The notes below the pieces were generated by a model, which made no database searches, was not told the DNA's origin, and saw only the letters and a program-made list of their open reading frames with translations. From the NCBI GenBank assembly GCA_002771135.1, contig PCXO01000006.1, positions 18,812 to 37,563 on the forward strand: a stretch of 18,752 nt of DNA, read 5' to 3'. Numbering within the stretch: the stretch's first letter is position 1; each line of letters begins with the position of its first letter. The stretch comes from Candidatus Yanofskybacteria bacterium CG10_big_fil_rev_8_21_14_0_10_46_23 (GTDB taxonomy: Bacteria; Patescibacteriota; Minisyncoccia; 2-02-FULL-40-12; IGHO2-12-FULL-4). A program made the translations under genes and the position numbers. This document shows, one piece after another, positions 15,012 through 18,752 of this stretch.

Positions 15012-16811
15012 CTAAGCGAGGGGTCGCCCTTGAGGGGCCAATCGCGCCAACAGAATTTGGGATATTTTCCCCAAGGACCCTTCGGGGTCGGCCGCTAGAA
15101 CCATGATTGACCGAAGGACATCGCCCCCACCGGGCATCTCCGAAATCAATGGCGCCAGCCGCTTGGCAATCGCCGCGGCCTGATCCGCCGAGGCTTCTTT
15201 TTGAAACCCCGCTCGGACCAAAAGCTCCTGAAGGTTGGCCTTGGCCCGGGCCTTCTCGGTCTCGATTCGAGCCGTCTCCACCTTTTGGAGGGAACCTTGG
15301 AGGATGACCTCCTGCCGGGCTACCTCCACGCCGGTGATTCCGGCCAGGAGCCGCTTCAGAGACTCATTTCGAGACTCTTGGACCGGGAACTCGATGATCC
15401 GAAATTCGAGGAGATTAATCGGGTACTTATCGTTTTCCCCGACCACCTCCTTAATTTTTCCCTCAATAGCCTTTTTGATTTTCCCCGAGTTCTTGAGAAT
15501 ATACAAAGCTGACTTGCTTTGGATAATCTCGCGAACACCGCCATCCACCACGGGAACGATGACGGTTCGGACCAGTTTTTCAACCGATCCGGCCAGAGCC
15601 ACGATCTTGGCGGCATCGGTCCGATCGGCTTGAACGATCGCCTCGATGGTGACCAAAAAATCATCGAAGCCATCTTTAGTGATGGCCCGAACCGTCTCAA
15701 ATCGAAGGTGGCGCTCCCCGATAGGCGGCGTTTCCCCGCCATACCTTCCCCAGCAAACTCGGACCGGTGCTCCGTCCACGGGGACGAGGTTATAAACTGC
15801 CGAGTTTTGGAACGAAAATGGTGGGATTCCTGGGCCAAAGGGGTCGGGCAAAATGCCCCGAAGCCGCTCACCATTTTGATAGGCCGGACAATCAGGGTTG
15901 ATTATCCAAGCCCCGGCATCTCTCTGGCCCGCTGTTGCGGGCAGTGTGGTATAAAGGCGCTCGCTCTCTTCAGGTTCTCGACCGGCGCTGGAAATGACCA
16001 CGCCGTAAGTTCCCTCGAAGATGAACTCACAACTCCGGGTCTCGGCCCTTACGGCCACGGGGTTGTGATTGTAGGTGCCAGGTTCAAGAACTTCTTCCTG
16101 AACGCCACTCTCCAACCACTGGCCGTAGTTCTCGTAGGCCCACCCGCCGGGTAGGCAGGCGGGCAGATTTTGGAAATTATTGTGGCCCGTGGCAATTCGC
16201 CCGGCAATTCGCCCGGCCTCATCGGGAATCTCATGCCCGATTGAGAGGGTGACGACCCCGAACTGGGGCAGTTCGCCAATCACGAGTTCTTCTCCGGTAA
16301 AGGGGTGCTCTCGCACCGCGTCTTGTTCGACCCCGATTGAGAGGGGTTGAACAGGGAACAGCGAGAACAGGGTGGGGTGAATGGCATATTGCCCCGGCCC
16401 GATCAGATTGAGCTGGGGGCCACTTTGACCACCACCTCGGAGGAAAGCCTCCCCGTCGCGGAACCCATTACAAGGGATATTGTTGCCGATTAACTGCCCC
16501 TGATTGAGCGGTCGACCGAAATGGGCCACCACATGGTGCCAGCGGTCGAGGTTATAGAACCCCTGCCGGACAATCTCCCCAAAGAAGGAGACCTTAATGA
16601 AGGGCACAAAGTGCCAGCCCGGCATATAGAGTCTTGCCCCAACTCCTTGCTGGGTCCCCACCGCAATGTCGCCATAGGGTGACTTGGGCAGAAGAATGAA
16701 TCGCCTAATGGCATAGGCGAATTCATGGGGGCGAACCCGGAACAACGAGCTCACCAAGAACCAATAAATTCCGAAAACCAACAGAACCCCCTCGATGATT
16801 AGTAGAAACAT
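15012..16811 (-). CDS. SPFH/band-7 (HflK/C- or flotillin-like) membrane protein carrying a roughly 285-aa insertion inside the SPFH domain.
   Basis: N-terminal TM MFLLIIEGVLLVFGIYWFLV. The SPFH entry ...RVRPHEFAYAIRRF...YMPGWHFVPFIKV parallels the HflC segment VVKEGERGIVLRFG...YEPGLHFKIPFIETV. The SPFH core resumes at ...RFETVRAITKDGFDDFLVTIEAIVQADRTD... A short C-terminal coiled-coil follows. GC is about 55-58%, against about 48% for neighbours. RBS aaaggag. Confidence 0.7.
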   Translation of the reverse strand: MFLLIIEGVLLVFGIYWFLVSSLFRVRPHEFAYAIRRFILLPKSPYGDIAVGTQQGVGARLYMPGWHFVPFIKVSFFGEIVRQGFYNLDRWHHVVAHFGRPLNQGQLIGNNIPCNGFRDGEAFLRGGGQSGPQLNLIGPGQYAIHPTLFSLFPVQPLSIGVEQDAVREHPFTGEELVIGELPQFGVVTLSIGHEIPDEAGRIAGRIATGHNNFQNLPACLPGGWAYENYGQWLESGVQEEVLEPGTYNHNPVAVRAETRSCEFIFEGTYGVVISSAGREPEESERLYTTLPATAGQRDAGAWIINPDCPAYQNGERLRGILPDPFGPGIPPFSFQNSAVYNLVPVDGAPVRVCWGRYGGETPPIGERHLRFETVRAITKDGFDDFLVTIEAIVQADRTDAAKIVALAGSVEKLVRTVIVPVVDGGVREIIQSKSALYILKNSGKIKKAIEGKIKEVVGENDKYPINLLEFRIIEFPVQESRNESLKRLLAGITGVEVARQEVILQGSLQKVETARIETEKARAKANLQELLVRAGFQKEASADQAAAIAKRLAPLISEMPGGGDVLRSIMVLAADPEGSLGKISQILLARLAPQGRPLA

Positions 16812-16855
16812 TTTCTACTCCTTTTCTATAATTAAAGATCTAGAATGACCCCGTG

Positions 16856-16884
16856 ACTTTATAATAAAAAAGTATCTTTGTCAA
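16856..16884 (-). promoter_or_regulatory. Sigma70-type promoter for the SPFH gene, TTGACA-17-TAAAGT on the minus strand.
   Basis: The minus strand reads TTGACA (plus 16879-16884), a 17-nt spacer, then TAAAGT (plus 16856-16861). RBS AAAGGAG (plus 16819-16825) lies about 8 nt before the ATG. Confidence 0.45.
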
Positions 16885-16885
16885 T

Positions 16886-16918
16886 TAGATTTACAAAACA
16901 AACCCCCCATAAATGGGG
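16886..16918 (-). terminator. Small intrinsic terminator downstream of the tRNA-Lys region, on the minus strand.
   Basis: CCCCA-UUUA-UGGGG hairpin (plus 16905-16918) followed on the minus strand by GUUUGUUUUG. Confidence 0.3.
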
Positions 16919-16924
16919 CTCTTG

Positions 16925-16943
16925 TTGTTCGATCTGTCCGCTC
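16925..16943. repeat. Direct repeat of the tRNA-Lys 3' end (18/19 nt identical to 17071-17089). This is an att-site-like partial tRNA duplication.
   Basis: tgtccgctcggtaggagtc matches tgtccgctcggtaggactc, which spans the acceptor 3' strand and the T-stem. The two copies are 146 bp apart and enclose a 127-bp segment full of hairpins: gtcaaaagatac-taaat-gtatcttttgac, gggaatt...aattccc and ctttcgc-gaa-gcgaaag. Confidence 0.5.
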
Positions 16944-17072
16944 GGTAGGAGTCAAAAGATACTAAATGTATCTTTTGACGGGAATTTACCCTGAGGCTTT
17001 GCCGAAGGGGTTAAGAATTCCCTGAACCTTACTTTCGCGAAGCGAAAGAGGATCGAGTCCACCTATTGATTG

Positions 17073-17144
17073 TCCGCTCGGTAGGACTCGAACCTACAAC
17101 CAACGGCTTAAAAGGCCGCTGCTCTACCATTGAGCTACGAGCGG
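17073..17144 (-). tRNA. tRNA-Lys (anticodon UUU), 72 nt, CCA not encoded.
   Basis: Hand-folded cloverleaf. Acceptor CCGCUCG/CGAGCGG. D-arm GCUC-AAUGGUA-GAGC. Anticodon arm GCGGC-CUUUUAA-GCCGU. T-arm GUAGG-UUCGAGU-CCUAC. Discriminator A. Confidence 0.85.
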
Positions 17145-17166
17145 TATTTAATTTTCACCATCTTTG

Positions 17167-17238
17167 TACCCCCGGAGGGAATCGAACCCCCATCACTGGT
17201 TCCGAAGACCAGTGCTTTATCCGTTAAGCTACGGGGGC
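17167..17238 (-). tRNA. tRNA-Arg (anticodon UCG), 72 nt, CCA not encoded.
   Basis: Acceptor GCCCCCG/CGGGGGU. D-arm GCUU-AACGGAUA-AAGC. Anticodon arm CUGGU-CUUCGGA-ACCAG. T-arm GGGGG-UUCGAUU-CCCUC. Confidence 0.8.
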
Positions 17239-17673
17239 GTTACCATCTTTATTCCTGGACCACCCAAATTCTTTAGCTGTCTTCTTCCTGTGACAATTCG
17301 CACATCTTATATCGCATTTACCCACCTCTTTTTTTATAATTTCTAATGGATAAGTGCCTTTTATTAAATTTGATATTTCTTTAAATTTATCCTCTCTGTG
17401 ATCAAACTCTAACACAATCGGGTCTGATTCCCCGCAATCTATACAAGTATTTCTTGAGAGGTATTCTCTAATATAGTTCCGGGCTGTCAATCGTAAATTC
17501 TTATTTCGGGTTTTGGCTTTCAATAGGTAGTAAGGCCTGTTTTTCTTATAGTGATTTTTTACTTGGGCCCGAGAGCATTCTGAGCACTGTCCATGTCTTA
17601 ATCCGCGGGCCTTATTTTTAAAATGGAATTCATTCTCTGGCCGTTTCTTTCCGCACAAATTACACCTCTTCAT
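17224..17673 (-). CDS. HNH endonuclease (freestanding, with an N-terminal Zn ribbon). Its 3' end overlaps the tRNA-Arg 5' end by 15 nt.
   Basis: HNH motif CIDCGESDPIVLEFDHREDKFKEISNLIKG...CDIRCANCHRKKT, carrying the DH, N and CxxCH elements. N-terminal CNLCGKK...GQCSECS zinc ribbon. 149 aa. Confidence 0.8.
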   Translation of the reverse strand: MKRCNLCGKKRPENEFHFKNKARGLRHGQCSECSRAQVKNHYKKNRPYYLLKAKTRNKNLRLTARNYIREYLSRNTCIDCGESDPIVLEFDHREDKFKEISNLIKGTYPLEIIKKEVGKCDIRCANCHRKKTAKEFGWSRNKDGNAPVA

Positions 17674-17810
17674 TAACTAAGAATAGCGCTTCTGACTTCG
17701 GAGATCAAATTTCTTTCGAAGTACAGAGCTTATGTATCAATATAATCTGTGATGCGATTTGTTAAAACGACGTTGCTTAATTTACCAGTTTTTTGAGGTT
17801 GGGGCAACCT

Positions 17811-17838
17811 AAAACCCTCCGTTTCGTCGGAGGGTTTT
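17811..17838 (-). terminator. Bidirectional intrinsic terminator downstream of the 3D-domain gene.
   Basis: aaaaccctccg-tttcgt-cggagggtttt, a 7-bp GC-rich stem flanked by A4 and T4. A second hairpin aggttg-ggg-caacct lies at 17796-17810. Confidence 0.6.
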
Positions 17839-17843
17839 AGGTT

Positions 17844-18380
17844 CTAGGGATAAATTTCAATCTTTATATTTCGGAGACCAAACTTCAGGGCCTCATTTCG
17901 AGTCGGGAACCAAACATCAATTCGATGAGAATAGCGCTTGTTCATCCGATCCTCAACTACGAAGAGTTTGTTCCCGTAAAGATCGGGAATTTTAACTGTT
18001 GTACCAAAGGGGAGAAAGTTGGCGGCGATAACGCCATCGCGAACGTGCGTTCCGGCGGCCCCGATAAAGGGGGTGTCGTCGGTTTGGTCAACGGTTGAGG
18101 AATACCCGGTGGCGGGGACCCACATTATCTGGGGCCTACTTTTCAGTTGGGTGGTTCGGGGTTGGACGTTAAGCCCACCGATGAAAGCCTCGGAGAATAT
18201 TGGTAGGGTGCTTGAGTCAAGCCAGTCAGTATTAATGGCGATGTTCTTCTCGGGTAGAATATCCGAGAATAGAGATCGAAACGAAGAAAAGCCAATAGCT
18301 TGAGCCTGATTTGGGATACTGAGAATACTTAGAGTCAAAAAGGCCAGAAGACTCAAGGCGTTTTTTGTAATTTTATTCAT
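17844..18380 (-). CDS. Secreted 3D-domain protein (MltA/YuiC-like putative cell-wall lytic transglycosylase).
   Basis: Signal peptide MNKITKNALSLLAFLTLSILSIPNQAQA. 3D-domain pattern ATGYSSTVDQTDDTPFIGAAGTHVRDGVIAANFLPFGTTVKIP...FVVEDRMNKRYSHRIDVWFPTRNEALKFGLRNIKIEI, with conserved Asp residues. Confidence 0.8.
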   Translation of the reverse strand: MNKITKNALSLLAFLTLSILSIPNQAQAIGFSSFRSLFSDILPEKNIAINTDWLDSSTLPIFSEAFIGGLNVQPRTTQLKSRPQIMWVPATGYSSTVDQTDDTPFIGAAGTHVRDGVIAANFLPFGTTVKIPDLYGNKLFVVEDRMNKRYSHRIDVWFPTRNEALKFGLRNIKIEIYP

Positions 18381-18491
18381 AGGTCTAACTAAAAAAGGCG
18401 TTTTCAGCCTTTTCTAGCGTGGTCTTAGTATGTCCATATCTTAGCACGGATAGTCTAAAAAGTCAATTCAAAAAGGCTGATTCTCCTACCT

Positions 18492-18517
18492 AAAAACCCA
18501 ATATTTATTGGGTTTTT
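18492..18517 (-). terminator. Intrinsic terminator with an 11-bp perfect stem, immediately 3' of tRNA-Gly. Bidirectional.
   Basis: aaaaacccaat-attt-attgggttttt. On the minus strand the stem is followed by UUUUUAGG. Confidence 0.65.
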
Positions 18518-18529
18518 AGGTGAAAAGTG

Positions 18530-18601
18530 AGCGGGAGACGAGATTCGAACTCGCGGCCTCTTCCTTGGCAAGGAAGCGTTCTACCACTGAACTACTCCCG
18601 C
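18530..18601 (-). tRNA. tRNA-Gly (anticodon GCC), 72 nt.
   Basis: Acceptor GCGGGAG/CUCCCGC. D-arm GUUC-AGUGGUA-GAAC. Anticodon arm CUUCC-UUGCCAA-GGAAG. T-arm GCGAG-UUCGAAU-CUCGU. Discriminator U. Confidence 0.85.
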
Positions 18602-18669
18602 CTTCGCTCTCTGAGCTCCGGCGGGCGAGCCCGCAAAGATCAGAGAGTTTGGCAAATCTTATTTCAGGG

Positions 18670-18741
18670 TGCCGCGGGAGGGAATTGAACCCCCGACGCC
18701 AGCCTCTTCAGGGCTGCGCTCTACCACTGAGCTACCGCGGC
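18670..18741 (-). tRNA. tRNA-Phe (anticodon GAA), 72 nt.
   Basis: Acceptor GCCGCGG/CCGCGGC. D-arm GCUC-AGUGGUA-GAGC. Anticodon arm CAGCC-CUGAAGA-GGCUG. T-arm GGGGG-UUCAAUU-CCCUC. Discriminator A. Confidence 0.85.
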
Positions 18742-18752
18742 AGTTTGATTTA

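Noticed and set aside
15690-16540. The SPFH insertion read as an intein
   Set aside because: The boundaries carry no Cys/Ser-…-HN-Cys/Ser/Thr splice junction residues. The GHNN motif inside is followed by F, not by a nucleophile.
15012-16811. Calling the SPFH gene a clear horizontally acquired island on GC content alone
   Set aside because: GC varies widely gene to gene in this window: dnaN is about 33%, nusA about 50%, pilB about 57% and the 3D-domain gene about 60%. Composition alone is not diagnostic, so it is kept only as supporting context.
16990-17070. A possible degenerate plus-strand tRNA (GGATCGAGTCC T-arm-like string)
   Set aside because: A cloverleaf could not be built. No acceptor or anticodon stem pairs consistently.
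1-18752. CRISPR arrays, rRNA genes and transposase/IS elements
   Set aside because: No regularly spaced direct repeats, rRNA-like conserved stretches or transposase-like ORFs were seen anywhere in the window.

Overview
This looks like an origin-proximal chromosomal segment of a small-genome bacterium, and almost all of it is housekeeping. Proteins are short, tRNAs carry no encoded CCA, and TGA is used as a stop (yebC), so this is standard code 11.

Genes, left to right:
- dnaA (5' truncated by the window edge), with an oriC-like dnaA-dnaN spacer, then dnaN and a small DUF721/DciA-like ORF (no recF or gyrB).
- A convergent class-A PBP.
- A minus-strand operon: ruvB, a secreted Pro/Ser/Thr-rich protein (translationally coupled to ruvB), a minimal yebC, then ruvC. 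No ruvA is present. A 45-aa hyper-acidic micro-ORF lies downstream, bracketed by two intrinsic terminators.
- An orphan pilB/gspE ATPase.
- A plus-strand block: nusA, tig, doxX-like, dsbA-like, cysteine desulfurase.
- A somewhat GC-richer SPFH/band-7 membrane protein carrying an unusual insertion of roughly 285 aa.
- A minus-strand tRNA cluster (Lys-UUU, Arg-UCG, Gly-GCC, Phe-GAA). It is interrupted by an HNH endonuclease gene that overlaps tRNA-Arg, and by a secreted 3D-domain (MltA-like) protein.

No rRNA, CRISPR array or obvious transposase was found.

Observations most worth following up:
- A near-consensus sigma70 promoter that overlaps the ruvB start codon on the opposite strand, pointing into a ~167-nt intergenic element with a 21-bp closing helix, a UUCG hairpin and a 3' U-tract. 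This is a candidate structured ncRNA, possibly 6S-like.
- A 19-nt direct repeat of the tRNA-Lys 3' end (att-site-like) enclosing a 127-bp highly structured segment.
- The SPFH insertion.
- The micro-ORF bracketed by terminators.
- The non-canonical ruv locus.
- The coupled doxX-dsbA-iscS trio.

Everything here rests on reading the sequence by eye. No database searches or folding computations were run.
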